Shown here: piece by piece, positions 1-9,394 of the stretch | How positions within the stretch are numbered: position 1 is the stretch's first letter | Layout of the letters: every line of letters starts with the position of its first letter | NCBI GenBank assembly: GCA_039815185.1 | Contig: JBCBZT010000037.1 | Location: forward strand, 22,072-86,071 | Length of the DNA stretch: 64,000 nt | DNA from: Cyanobacteria bacterium P01_A01_bin.123 | Lineage (GTDB): Bacteria > Cyanobacteriota > Cyanobacteriia > Phormidesmidales > Phormidesmidaceae | Direction: 5' to 3' | Notes under the pieces: generated by a model | What the model saw: the letters and a program-made list of their open reading frames with translations, nothing else | Told to the model about the DNA's origin: nothing | Database searches by the model: none | Made by a program: the position numbers and the translations under genes

Positions 1-282
1 CACCATGGGATCTGCTCCCAGAGTGAGACCCGCCACGGCTTGAGCTTGCGTTGGCAAGCAGGCGAGCAACAGTCGTCCCACCATCAAGGCTCCTTGGGGA
101 TGGAGCGTAACTTGTTTGCCATTAATGTAATACGAACTCTTTTGCCCGGAAGATAATACAAAGTCGCCTTCTTGATACGCAGTCCTACAAAATAGCGCTA
201 ACAATGTCTGTTTGACTTGTTCAAGGGGTGCATCAGTCAACGAAAAATCAATTTTCAGGTTGAAATCCATATCTAAGCTCAT
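1..282 (-). CDS. pyrE: orotate phosphoribosyltransferase, 5' part (runs off window start; alternative start 270)
   Basis: Not in ORF track; manual translation gives AYQEGDFVLSSGQKSSYYINGKQVTLHPQG...AVAGLTLGADPMV, the PyrE signature. Confidence 0.93.
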   Translation of the reverse strand, partial: MSLDMDFNLKIDFSLTDAPLEQVKQTLLALFCRTAYQEGDFVLSSGQKSSYYINGKQVTLHPQGALMVGRLLLACLPTQAQAVAGLTLGADPMV

Positions 283-466
283 AATTTTGAGTCCAAAACT
301 GCGATTTTTGGGTATAAAGGACTTGCGCCCACAATTAATCTACTTTTTAAGTACTGAAATGTGGCCGCACTTGACCTACGAAGCTTTTGCAATTAGATCA
401 TTAGCTGAACAATTGTAGAAGCCAGCAGCAGGCGCAATAAACGGCAATTTGTGAGGATACTAAACT

Positions 467-907
467 ATGGGCATTAGGACAAAAAGAGTCATCGGCACAA
501 TCGGTGCCGCGATCGCAGCTAGCCTTGCGTTTTCAACAGTCGCAAACGCTCAGCAAGCTCCCCGCACTGGTGCTCAGACGATACCTGAGGCAGTTGACGA
601 AATTCTCTCTTCCAATTCTGGCACCTACTTTGAAAACCGTACTCTCTGGCGGCAATTTTCATTCATAGCGGGTCCGGGCTTCTTCGGTAACGCAGCTTTT
701 CCAGAACTAGAATCCGAACGAGATGCCGAAGCGATCGCACTGGTCACTCGCTATTTATTAGCAGAACAATCCGTTCGTGATCCCTATTTACGTGTCCCCG
801 ATTTGCGCAATCCTTACGATTCTTCTATGCAACTATTACCCACCACCCAATCTGGGAGCCGCGTTGTTGGCAGTGAGTTGATCTTTGAGCGTTTACCCCT
901 ACCATAA
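467..907 (+). CDS. conserved cyanobacterial exported hypothetical protein
   Basis: 146 aa ORF, RBS GAGGA, Sec signal peptide ending ANA-Q. Confidence 0.75.
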   Translation: MGIRTKRVIGTIGAAIAASLAFSTVANAQQAPRTGAQTIPEAVDEILSSNSGTYFENRTLWRQFSFIAGPGFFGNAAFPELESERDAEAIALVTRYLLAEQSVRDPYLRVPDLRNPYDSSMQLLPTTQSGSRVVGSELIFERLPLP

Positions 908-927
908 GGTTAAGCAGTTAATTGAGA

Positions 928-964
928 AAGGCTGCAAGCTTTACTAAGTAAAGCTTGCAGCCTT
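928..964. terminator. perfect 17-bp inverted repeat between convergent CDS and tRNA, probable terminator
   Basis: AAGGCTGCAAGCTTTAC-TAA-GTAAAGCTTGCAGCCTT. Confidence 0.7.
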
Positions 965-989
965 CCTTGTAGCCCTAAAACAAACTCGA

Positions 990-1062
990 TCCAGGGTACA
1001 GGAGTCGAACCTGTCTAACGCGAATTATGAGTTCGCTGCCTCAACCGCTCGGCCAACCCTGG
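990..1062 (-). tRNA. tRNA with CAU anticodon, most likely tRNA-Ile2 (lysidine-modified) rather than Met
   Basis: Reverse complement CCAGGGTTGGCCGAGCGGTTGAGGCAGCGAACTCATAATTCGCGTTAGACAGGTTCGACTCCTGTACCCTGGA folds as a cloverleaf with GGTTCGA T-loop and CTCATAA anticodon loop; no encoded CCA. Confidence 0.93.
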
Positions 1063-1268
1063 CCACTGCTCTCCATTTTAACCCGACGACTCAATTCTAA
1101 AAGTGGCAATTGTGAGAGGAGTTTCAAACATAGCAGCGAGATCGAAGCCAAGCGCTGTTCCTTTTAGAAAAATTCTTCTATCATTCCATCAGAGCTGTAG
1201 GCCAATCAATGGCACCCTCCTATAATGAGTATTCGACGTTAGCCTTCAATCAGTGAGCGATACGGTCT

Positions 1269-1523
1269 ATGAGGATTAACCCAGCCATTGCCTTCACCTT
1301 AATCCTGCTGTCTTTAATGGTCGGCGCAGGATTTGTCAGTGCGACATGGGGCTATGCCATTGGGAGAGAAGCATTGACTGGCGTTAGACAGCCAGACTCT
1401 AGACCTTTTAACGATTACGCGAGTCAAGAGGGCGATGTTTCCCAGCGCCACAATCTGGTCATTCTTAAAGAAGCGGACATTCTTGAAAACGCAAAGGCTA
1501 GAATTGAGGGCGGATTACAGTAG
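1269..1523 (+). CDS. small membrane-anchored cyanobacterial hypothetical protein
   Basis: 84 aa, N-terminal hydrophobic helix, upstream of the hemolysin-family gene. Confidence 0.7.
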   Translation: MRINPAIAFTLILLSLMVGAGFVSATWGYAIGREALTGVRQPDSRPFNDYASQEGDVSQRHNLVILKEADILENAKARIEGGLQ

Positions 1524-1577
1524 GTCATGAAATTTTGGCTATCCAAACAGGTTGCTACCCTGTGCCAGACTTAAATA

Positions 1578-3044
1578 ATGGCTTTACATGTTGTTGGTTT
1601 GATCGCCTTCTCGCCACTGCCACTCACTGCTGGCGAGACTGCGACTCGGTTACTGGCAGTTGTGGTGCTCATTGGCATCAATGCTTTTTTCGTCGCTGCC
1701 GAGTTTTCGATTGTCGCTGTTCGGCGATCGCGCATTAGCCAACTCGTTTCTGGCGGAGACACCCAGGCCAAGACGGTCCAGAATCTCCAGCGCAGCATCG
1801 ATCGGCTCCTCTCCACCACCCAACTGGGCATCACCCTCTCTAGCCTTGCCCTAGGCTGGATTGGAGAAGGCACTATGGCATTGATTATTGCCCACTGGCT
1901 AAGCCAGTGGGCTCTCGTTGAACCAACCACTCAACTGGCATCCCACTCCCTTGCGATTCCGCTGGCATTTTTCACCATTGCTTATCTGCAAATCGTCTTG
2001 GGCGAACTTTGCCCTAAATCCTTAGCCTTAATCTACCCTGAGCAATTGGCACGCTTCCTGGGCCCCCCTAGCCTAACAATCGCTCAGTTTTTTAGCCCTT
2101 TTATCTGGATTTTAAATCAATCGACTCGCTGGCTACTGCGCCTGGTTGGGGTGAAATATGCCGAGCAAAACTCACACACCCGATTAACCCCAGAAGAACT
2201 TCAGATCATCATCAGTACCTCTACAGAATCTCCTGGGCTAGAGGAAGAAGAACGAGAATTGCTCAACAATATTTTTGAGTTTAGAGATGTGTCTGCTGGC
2301 GAGGCCATGGTGCCAAGAACTAGCATTGCAGCGATCTCCCAAACCGCAACCTTTCAAGACTTGCTTGATGAGATCGCTAATTCTAGCCATTCACGATATC
2401 CGGTAATGGGAGAATCCTTAGACGATATTTGCGGCATCATTTGCTTCAAAGAGCTGGCAGCTCCCCTAGCAAACCAAAACCTTGACCTCAAAACTCCGAT
2501 CATCAACTGGATTCGCCCAGCACGCTTTGTCCCCGAATATATGCCGCTACATGAATTACTCCACCTGATGCAGCGCTCTGGCCAGGCCATGGTGATAGTG
2601 GTTGACGAATTTGGCGGGACGGCGGGGCTACTGACCCTCCAAGACCTTACTGCTGAAATTATCGGCGATGCCCATGAAGCCGAAAGCGATGGCAATCCGA
2701 TCGTCCGCATGATCGATGAGCAAACCTTCCTAGTGAAAGCCCAAACCGATATCGAAGAAGTTAACGAACTACTCAACATTGATTTGCCAATCACAGAAGA
2801 CTACCAAACCTTGGGGGGCTTCCTAATTTACCAGCTTCAAAAAATCCCTAGCCAAGGGGAGCGCTTTCGCTATCAAGATTTAGACTTAACCGTTATGGCT
2901 GCAGACGGCCCTCGTCTTCAGGAGATTAGGGTACACCATGTTACTGAAGACAGCCAGACTGAAGACAGCCAGCTGATACCTTCATCAGGAGCCATCGCCA
3001 ATCCGATCATTCCAGAAGCAGACCTAGACCGCCTCCCTCCTTAA
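1578..3044 (+). CDS. HlyC/CorC (CNNM) family transporter: DUF21 TM + 2 CBS + CorC domain
   Basis: NAFFVAAEFSIV, LSTTQLGIT, GELCPKS, VVDEFGGTAGL, YQTLGG motifs. Confidence 0.93.
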   Translation: MALHVVGLIAFSPLPLTAGETATRLLAVVVLIGINAFFVAAEFSIVAVRRSRISQLVSGGDTQAKTVQNLQRSIDRLLSTTQLGITLSSLALGWIGEGTMALIIAHWLSQWALVEPTTQLASHSLAIPLAFFTIAYLQIVLGELCPKSLALIYPEQLARFLGPPSLTIAQFFSPFIWILNQSTRWLLRLVGVKYAEQNSHTRLTPEELQIIISTSTESPGLEEEERELLNNIFEFRDVSAGEAMVPRTSIAAISQTATFQDLLDEIANSSHSRYPVMGESLDDICGIICFKELAAPLANQNLDLKTPIINWIRPARFVPEYMPLHELLHLMQRSGQAMVIVVDEFGGTAGLLTLQDLTAEIIGDAHEAESDGNPIVRMIDEQTFLVKAQTDIEEVNELLNIDLPITEDYQTLGGFLIYQLQKIPSQGERFRYQDLDLTVMAADGPRLQEIRVHHVTEDSQTEDSQLIPSSGAIANPIIPEADLDRLPP

Positions 3045-3319
3045 GCACCAAAAACTGTGGGCCAAAGTCTAAACTGACACAAGCTATTTAAATTCTTAAC
3101 TTTGGCAAATTCACAATAGCAGTCAAAAAGCAGCGCATCTACCCACAGACAATCGAAGATTTGGGCAGAATTTGAGCCAGGAATATTTGTTTTTCTTCAC
3201 AAAAGGATGCGTTGTGATAATATCTGGATGAATTCTTAAGGTTTAAGTATTGTTTACTAGCTGAGGCTAATCCTTCAAACGCTGACTTGCCAAGGCACTT
3301 AGCAAAAGGAGACACAGGC

Positions 3320-4408
3320 GTGCAGGATCAACAGTCCAATGGGCAAACAGGACTCGACAAACTGAGTCGTCACCAACCGAATCCGATTCGGGTCGGTGTC
3401 ATCGGCATTGGCAATATGGGCCAACATCATGCTCGAGTTTTGAGTCGGCTCAAGGATGTAGAACTCGTTGGCGTTTCCGATGTCAACGTTGAGCGGGGGT
3501 TAGATACCGCCAGTAAGTACCGAGTTCAGTATTTTGAGGACTATCACGATCTACTCAACTACGTCGATGCAGTCTGTATCGCTGTGCCGACTCGGCTTCA
3601 CCATACTGTTGGCATGGCTTGTCTGGCGGCAGGGGTTCATGTCTTAATTGAAAAACCCATTGCAGCTAGCATTGCAGAGGCTGAGTCATTGGTGAATGCT
3701 GCTGCTACTCACAACTGCATCTTGCAGGTAGGCCATATCGAACGGTTCAATCCAGCCTTCCAAGAGCTGCATAAGGTTCTGAAGACCGAAGAGCTCTTAG
3801 CTTTAGAAGCACGTCGTATGAGTCCTTACTCCCAAAGAGCGAACGATGTCTCAGTCGTTTTAGACTTGATGATTCACGACATTGATTTGCTATTGGAGTT
3901 GGCTGGTGCAGCCGTGGTCAAGCTTAATGCAAGTGGTAGTCGAGCAGCAGATTCTGGGTATCTCGACTATGTCACGGCAACGCTGGGATTTGCCAACGGT
4001 ATTGTGGCAACTTTAACTGCGAGTAAGGTCACGCATCGTAAGATCCGCAGTATCGCGGCCCACTGCAAGCATTCGTTAACAGAAGCCGATTTTCTTAACA
4101 ACGAGATCTTGATTCATCGTCAAACCACTGCAAACTGCATGGCCGACTATGGGCAGGTGCTTTACCGTCAAGACGGTTTAATTGAGAAGGTCTACACCAG
4201 TAATATTGAACCCTTGCAAGCCGAGTTAGAACATTTTGTTAGCTGTGTTCGCGGAGGAGAACAACCTTCTGTGGGAGGTGAACAAGCCCTCAAAGCACTC
4301 CGACTGGCGAGCTTAATTGAGCAGATGGCGATTGATGGCAAAGCCTGGCACCCTGGTGATATCAATCGTTCTATCGCTGAACTTGAAGCGACCTTAGTCA
4401 TGAGCTAG
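3320..4408 (+). CDS. Gfo/Idh/MocA family oxidoreductase
   Basis: VGVIGIGNMG, HVLIEKP, DLMIHDIDL; GTG start at 3320 after AGGAG. Confidence 0.9.
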   Translation: MQDQQSNGQTGLDKLSRHQPNPIRVGVIGIGNMGQHHARVLSRLKDVELVGVSDVNVERGLDTASKYRVQYFEDYHDLLNYVDAVCIAVPTRLHHTVGMACLAAGVHVLIEKPIAASIAEAESLVNAAATHNCILQVGHIERFNPAFQELHKVLKTEELLALEARRMSPYSQRANDVSVVLDLMIHDIDLLLELAGAAVVKLNASGSRAADSGYLDYVTATLGFANGIVATLTASKVTHRKIRSIAAHCKHSLTEADFLNNEILIHRQTTANCMADYGQVLYRQDGLIEKVYTSNIEPLQAELEHFVSCVRGGEQPSVGGEQALKALRLASLIEQMAIDGKAWHPGDINRSIAELEATLVMS

Positions 4409-4462
4409 GTCACTATTGATTGGTCACGTCAAATCATCAGTCGCGCTAAATCATCAGTCACG

Positions 4463-5488
4463 TCAAAGCTGCCTAGCAGAGTTTAGGAGGTACTGGACTT
4501 TTTGGGCGATCTCCTGAGTAACCCGTTCATTGCCTGCCTGACTTAAATGAATGTGATCGCGATATAGGGCGTCCACATCCGTTTGGGCTTTGAAGTCTTC
4601 TAAAAAGTCTAGATAGGGAATGGCTTTATCAGTTGTAAAGTCATTCACCCGTTGGCGAGCTTCTAGTTCATAATCGCGCGAGCCAGGGGGGCGAACTTCT
4701 CGCAGTAGAGGGGTCATCGCTAAGAGTAAATGGCTCTGCTCTGCTTGTGTCAAGGTTTGAATTTGGTGGATTGCCTGGAGATTATTCCCAACGCGATCGC
4801 CTCCCTCTTGCTGCACAGCCTGAAGTTCTGGAATTGCTTCGGGTTTGATAAAGAGGCGGGTGTAGACCTCGGCCAACGCCAGGGGAGGTTTGTGGGCAGG
4901 GTAGCTGCGATCGCGCCCCACCTGCACTGACGTTGGAGCCGTTGCAAATAAGTCATCCGTGTTGATCAGCAGCACAATCACAGCCGCATCAAAGTGGCCA
5001 AAGGCCTTTAAATACCCCAGTTCATTCCGTGGCCCCCAAGAATTAGCAGAAGCATTCAACACTTCTACCGTTTTGTAAGGCCCGGGCAAATCAGCAACCA
5101 GCGCCTGTTCGATGCGTTCTGAAAGGATATCTTGCTGGTCAGTCCACCAACCGCCGTTGGCAATGGAATCGCCCAGTAACAAGATCCGTAGGGTATCAGG
5201 CGCTGGGGTTTTAGTAATCGGATTACTCCGCATGGAATATTGATTGATCACAACCCGATTGCCAAACCGCCGCACAGTTTGGTTAGGGGCAAAGCGATAC
5301 CCAGTATTTTCATCGGCAACGTATAGCGGGGGATTGCCAAAGCCTAGGGTCCACCGCAACAGCAGCTCTAACCCTAGTCCTAGCATTAACAGGCTGAGTA
5401 TGACGATTAGGGCAAGCTTGAACAAACTTTGCCTCCTTATGAGATAGGCATTTGGAACGGAAAGTAGGCTGGGGGGAGTGCCCATCAC
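4463..5488 (-). CDS. SGNH/GDSL hydrolase family protein (start uncertain)
   Basis: LLLGDSIANG block I, INTDD block III, DHIHL block V; N-terminal TM anchor. Confidence 0.88.
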   Translation of the reverse strand: MMGTPPSLLSVPNAYLIRRQSLFKLALIVILSLLMLGLGLELLLRWTLGFGNPPLYVADENTGYRFAPNQTVRRFGNRVVINQYSMRSNPITKTPAPDTLRILLLGDSIANGGWWTDQQDILSERIEQALVADLPGPYKTVEVLNASANSWGPRNELGYLKAFGHFDAAVIVLLINTDDLFATAPTSVQVGRDRSYPAHKPPLALAEVYTRLFIKPEAIPELQAVQQEGGDRVGNNLQAIHQIQTLTQAEQSHLLLAMTPLLREVRPPGSRDYELEARQRVNDFTTDKAIPYLDFLEDFKAQTDVDALYRDHIHLSQAGNERVTQEIAQKVQYLLNSARQL

Positions 5489-5869
5489 TCTAGTTTAGGG
5501 GGTTCTAGCAAGCAAACGAATAAAGCTTCAGTAGGATTCCTGCCAATTTTGTGAGCCGTGGTTATCCCTCCAGATTCATACAGGGAAACGACCCAGGTGT
5601 TCAGATTAAACAGTATGCCCCCTCAAACAAATGCTATTTATCTCCCCATACTAGCGATCGCTAGCCTATATTCTGTCCACCTTGTAGCGGGTTTGCTTAG
5701 GCAGATCCCAATCAGCTCACCAGCGTGCCAGCATTATTTCTTTGTAATTAAAGGATCCACTTAGTTGTTAAGGTTCACTTAGTTATCAAGGTTCACATCT
5801 GCTTGTCCTAGTTATGAATCATCTAAGACAAACTCAACTTTAATTTTGGCGAATGGTTAAGGTAAACCG

Positions 5870-7477
5870 ATGACATTATTTTCTCAACCTCTCAAATTAA
5901 TACAGCGCCCCCAGCAGTTATGGTTGTCACTCCAACAGGTGTTGACTAATCGCCCCTGGATTACCATTGTTTTGGTGATTACGCTGATGGCCCTTATTGC
6001 CCCTGAAGCCCAAGCTCAGGAGGGAGCACAACGGACGGGTGTCGATGTCGTTATTGGCCCCATAGTTGATCTTTTAGCACTCTTATTATTCTTCAAAATT
6101 GGTGGCGAGAACGGATTTCCCTTCATTGTGCTGTGGCTGTTCGTGGGTGCCCTGTTTTTCACTATACGCATGGGGTTTATCAACCTACGCGGTTTTAAAC
6201 ACGCGGTGCAGGTTGTCCAAGGTAAGTTTGACAGTCCTCACGATGAGGGAGAGGTTTCCCACTTTCAGGCTTTGGCAACAGCCGTCTCTGGCACCGTTGG
6301 ATTGGGTAATATCGCCGGGGTTGCGGTGGCAATTCAGCTAGGTGGGCCAGGCGCGATGTTTTGGTTAACCCTGGCAGGCTTCTGCGGCATGGTGACCAAG
6401 TTTACAGAATGCACCCTAGCCGTTAAATATCGCCGCGTGTCTGAGGATGGCACAATTGCTGGCGGCCCGATGTATTACCTAAATCTAGGGCTAGCCCAGA
6501 AGGGTATGCGTCCTGTCGGCCAAGGTTTGGCCGTTTTATTTTCGGTCTTGTGCATTGGCGGTAGCTTGGGCGGGGCCAATATGTTCCAGTCTAACCAGGC
6601 CTATGCCGCGATCGCGAACATTATCCCGGGTCTGCCTGCTTGGCTCTTTGGCATTATTTTGGCTGCGCTGGCGGCCTTCGTAATCATTGGTGGCATCCAA
6701 CGGATTGGTGCCGTCGCTGAAAAGCTAGTACCTTCTATGGCCGGAATTTATGTGTTGGCTTGTTTAGCTGTTTTACTGACTAATTTTACAGAAATTCCTG
6801 CCGCAATTGGCACGATTGTGAGTCAGGCTTTTGCGCCCACAGCTGTCGGCGGTGGCATTGTGGGTGTGATGGTTCAGGGGATTCGACGCAGCTCCTTTTC
6901 GAACGAAGCAGGTGTAGGTTCAGCCGCGATCGCTCACTCTGCTGCTCGTACCGATGAACCGATTCGAGAAGGCATTGTTGCCCTACTTGAGCCCTTTATC
7001 GATACGATTGTGATTTGCAACATGACTGCGATCGCGATTGTTTTAACGGGTGCTTACCTGGATACTGGGGAAGAGCTCAGTGGCGTCGCCATGACCTCTA
7101 GCGCCTTTGAAAGCGTGATTGGTTGGTTCCCAGTCATCTTGAGCATTGCAGTTTGTCTATTTGCGTTTTCAACCATCATTTCCTGGAGCTACTACGGTAT
7201 TCAGGCCTGGACTTATCTATTTGGTGCCCGGAGTACCATTGTTTTCAAAATCATTTATGTCACGTGCACCTTCATAGGTTGCCTCGCCAGTTTGGGCATG
7301 ATCATCGACTTTAGTGACTTGATGCTGTTAGGGATGGCTTTCCCTAATTTGCTTGGCCTATACGTTCTCTCCAATGAAGTTGCAGCCGATCTGAAAGACT
7401 ATATGCAGCGGCTAACCAGTGGCGAGATGTTGACTTACGACCAACAGCTAGCTTTATCAACTTCTGCTAAGGAGTAA
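5870..7477 (+). CDS. alanine/glycine:cation symporter (AGCS family)
   Basis: FQALATAVSGTVGLGNIAGVA, GGPMYYL, FSNEAGVGSAAIAH, FIDTIVIC motifs. Confidence 0.95.
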   Translation: MTLFSQPLKLIQRPQQLWLSLQQVLTNRPWITIVLVITLMALIAPEAQAQEGAQRTGVDVVIGPIVDLLALLLFFKIGGENGFPFIVLWLFVGALFFTIRMGFINLRGFKHAVQVVQGKFDSPHDEGEVSHFQALATAVSGTVGLGNIAGVAVAIQLGGPGAMFWLTLAGFCGMVTKFTECTLAVKYRRVSEDGTIAGGPMYYLNLGLAQKGMRPVGQGLAVLFSVLCIGGSLGGANMFQSNQAYAAIANIIPGLPAWLFGIILAALAAFVIIGGIQRIGAVAEKLVPSMAGIYVLACLAVLLTNFTEIPAAIGTIVSQAFAPTAVGGGIVGVMVQGIRRSSFSNEAGVGSAAIAHSAARTDEPIREGIVALLEPFIDTIVICNMTAIAIVLTGAYLDTGEELSGVAMTSSAFESVIGWFPVILSIAVCLFAFSTIISWSYYGIQAWTYLFGARSTIVFKIIYVTCTFIGCLASLGMIIDFSDLMLLGMAFPNLLGLYVLSNEVAADLKDYMQRLTSGEMLTYDQQLALSTSAKE

Positions 7478-7524
7478 TGATCCAAGGTTATAGCGAATGT
7501 CGATTAAAAATAATCAACATTCGC

Positions 7525-8460
7525 TTACTTTAGTTGTTGAGGAAGGCGCTGCTTTTCATAGTCTTGAACAAAGCGGCGTCTTTCGCTTATAGGCCGAGAT
7601 TGATACTCACCATAGAACTGACTAAACTGCCAAAATAATCGCAGCATTCGTCCAACTCGATGGCGGTAAGGTTGCACATCAGAGGATGTTTTTCGGAGTT
7701 GTAAAGTTGACCAAGGCATGGTAAAAATTCTCCCGGAATCATCTTCCAGTAAGTTACAGACATCTTCATTCAGACCCTTATGAGTTCCGGATGTGACTCA
7801 TTCAATTCACCCCAGATTCATATTGCTATGACTTTTCAAGTTTGTGGAACCCATATCCCCAAGGAAGAGTCAATGGGCTATTGAGCAGGAGGTTTAAAGA
7901 TCAATTCATCCAGTCCATCCAGCACTCAAATGGCAGGGCTCAAATCTATGTTTTTACTTTAAACAAACCCTTTAAGGGCGACAAACGTACCCATGAATGG
8001 TTTGCATGAACCTTATCGATGAATGACAATCTGAACCTGCACGTGAACGGTCAGCCAGACATTCCAGCTCATCACTAACTTCATCAGCATTAAAGGTGGG
8101 CCATGGATTTAGCTCACCTTCCCGCCTCACTACCATCTTGTTCAGCAGGCATCCTAATGAACAGGTACAGTTTTGAAGAACTTGGATAATCCGATTCAAG
8201 TCACGGCTTTCCAACGCTGAGACGTTGTCCCAGCATAGCCATGTAAGGCAATTGCTCTCCGCTCCATATAAGCAAATGTGATTTATGGCGAGTGTGACAA
8301 TCAGATCGCATCCGATAGCCAACGCTTGCTGATTTAAGCATTCCCCAAGCATTAGCAAAAGTCACAGCCTCAACACCATCGCGCGTAGTGATTGAGTTGG
8401 TTAAAGTCTGATCTTGCTTTGAGGAGTGGCTACGATTGTATCGATGTGTCTCAAGTCTCA
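7525..8460 (-). pseudogene. heavily eroded NACHT-type NTPase relic (tentative)
   Basis: Interrupted minus-strand frames contain, in the expected order, RDGVEAV / LMLGE...LAIGC, Walker-B-like VLDGLDEL (7902-7925) and HPLMC (7674-7688); many stops and frameshifts. Confidence 0.45.
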
Positions 8461-8718
8461 AAATTGCGCGTCAGCCTTCACCGTGACACACTTGATATGA
8501 CTTGTCACGACCGACACGACAACCTGCGACAGCGTCACATTACGCTGATGCGCTACAAAAGCATTTCCGGAATACGATTCAATCCTTCTTTAGCCACATC
8601 GAAACCTACAATTCCTATTGAGCAAATATTCCTATTGAGCAAATACTCAAGGTTTCAAACTAGATATGATTTCAGCAGCTTAGGCAATATCGTCAAAGCT
8701 ATACTGACGGCCAGTAGA

Positions 8719-9147
8719 TTATTGTCTTAAGACCAATACGGGGCAGTGGGAAAAGCGCACTACTCGTTCCGCTACAGAGCCTATAAAGAAGCGTCCAAGG
8801 CCTGTTCGTCCATGGGACGGAATCACAATCAAGTTAATACTGTTAGATTTTGCAAAATCAATAATTTCTGAACTCGGGTCGCCAATTTCTACATGAAACT
8901 GAACACCAGAAAATTCAGGCCGATCAAATCGCTCTTTATAGGTCTTTTCAACATTCTCTATTCGGGCTTCCTGATTCACAGTTTCCCAAACCATGCCAGG
9001 ATCAGTCGGTTCTAGTCTAGGCAGCACGTGTAATGCGTGAACTGTAGATCCTTCACCAACGAATTCAATCGTACCCGAAAGCGCTTTAAACGTCTCTTCA
9101 GAAAAGTCAATGGGGACTAAGACCTGTTCTTTTGAAAATAAACTCAT
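8719..9147 (-). CDS. universal stress protein
   Basis: VLVPIDFS, GDPSSEI, LIVIPSHGRTG, GSVAERVVR..CPVLV. Confidence 0.95.
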   Translation of the reverse strand: MSLFSKEQVLVPIDFSEETFKALSGTIEFVGEGSTVHALHVLPRLEPTDPGMVWETVNQEARIENVEKTYKERFDRPEFSGVQFHVEIGDPSSEIIDFAKSNSINLIVIPSHGRTGLGRFFIGSVAERVVRFSHCPVLVLRQ

Positions 9148-9394
9148 GGATTAAACCACCTAAGTAATTCATAGTTGATTAATGTACATGACGACACCTT
9201 CCACACAGCGTTCTGCTGCAGGCGCTGTTAGCACTTAAACATACTTTAAATCTAACCCTTGGCTTTAAATTGTAACCATTTTGCCTATATAAGCTGACAA
9301 ATCTTATAATCAGGCAAACAAGAGAGCCTAGGGTTCATTTTGTAGGATTAGGAGGGCGGATTCCCAATGCCAAAATACGCCTCAGAAAAGGTTT

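Noticed and set aside
990..1270. tRNA as an integration site for a genomic island
   Set aside because: No integrase and no duplicated tRNA 3' end noticed; flanking genes are conserved types
5490..5869. Possible glycine riboswitch upstream of the AGCS symporter
   Set aside because: No GGAGA...CCGAAG...CTCTCAGG aptamer motifs seen
7972..8730. ORFs of 128, 86 and 112 aa as real genes
   Set aside because: No RBS, odd Cys-rich composition; better explained as pseudogene debris or chance
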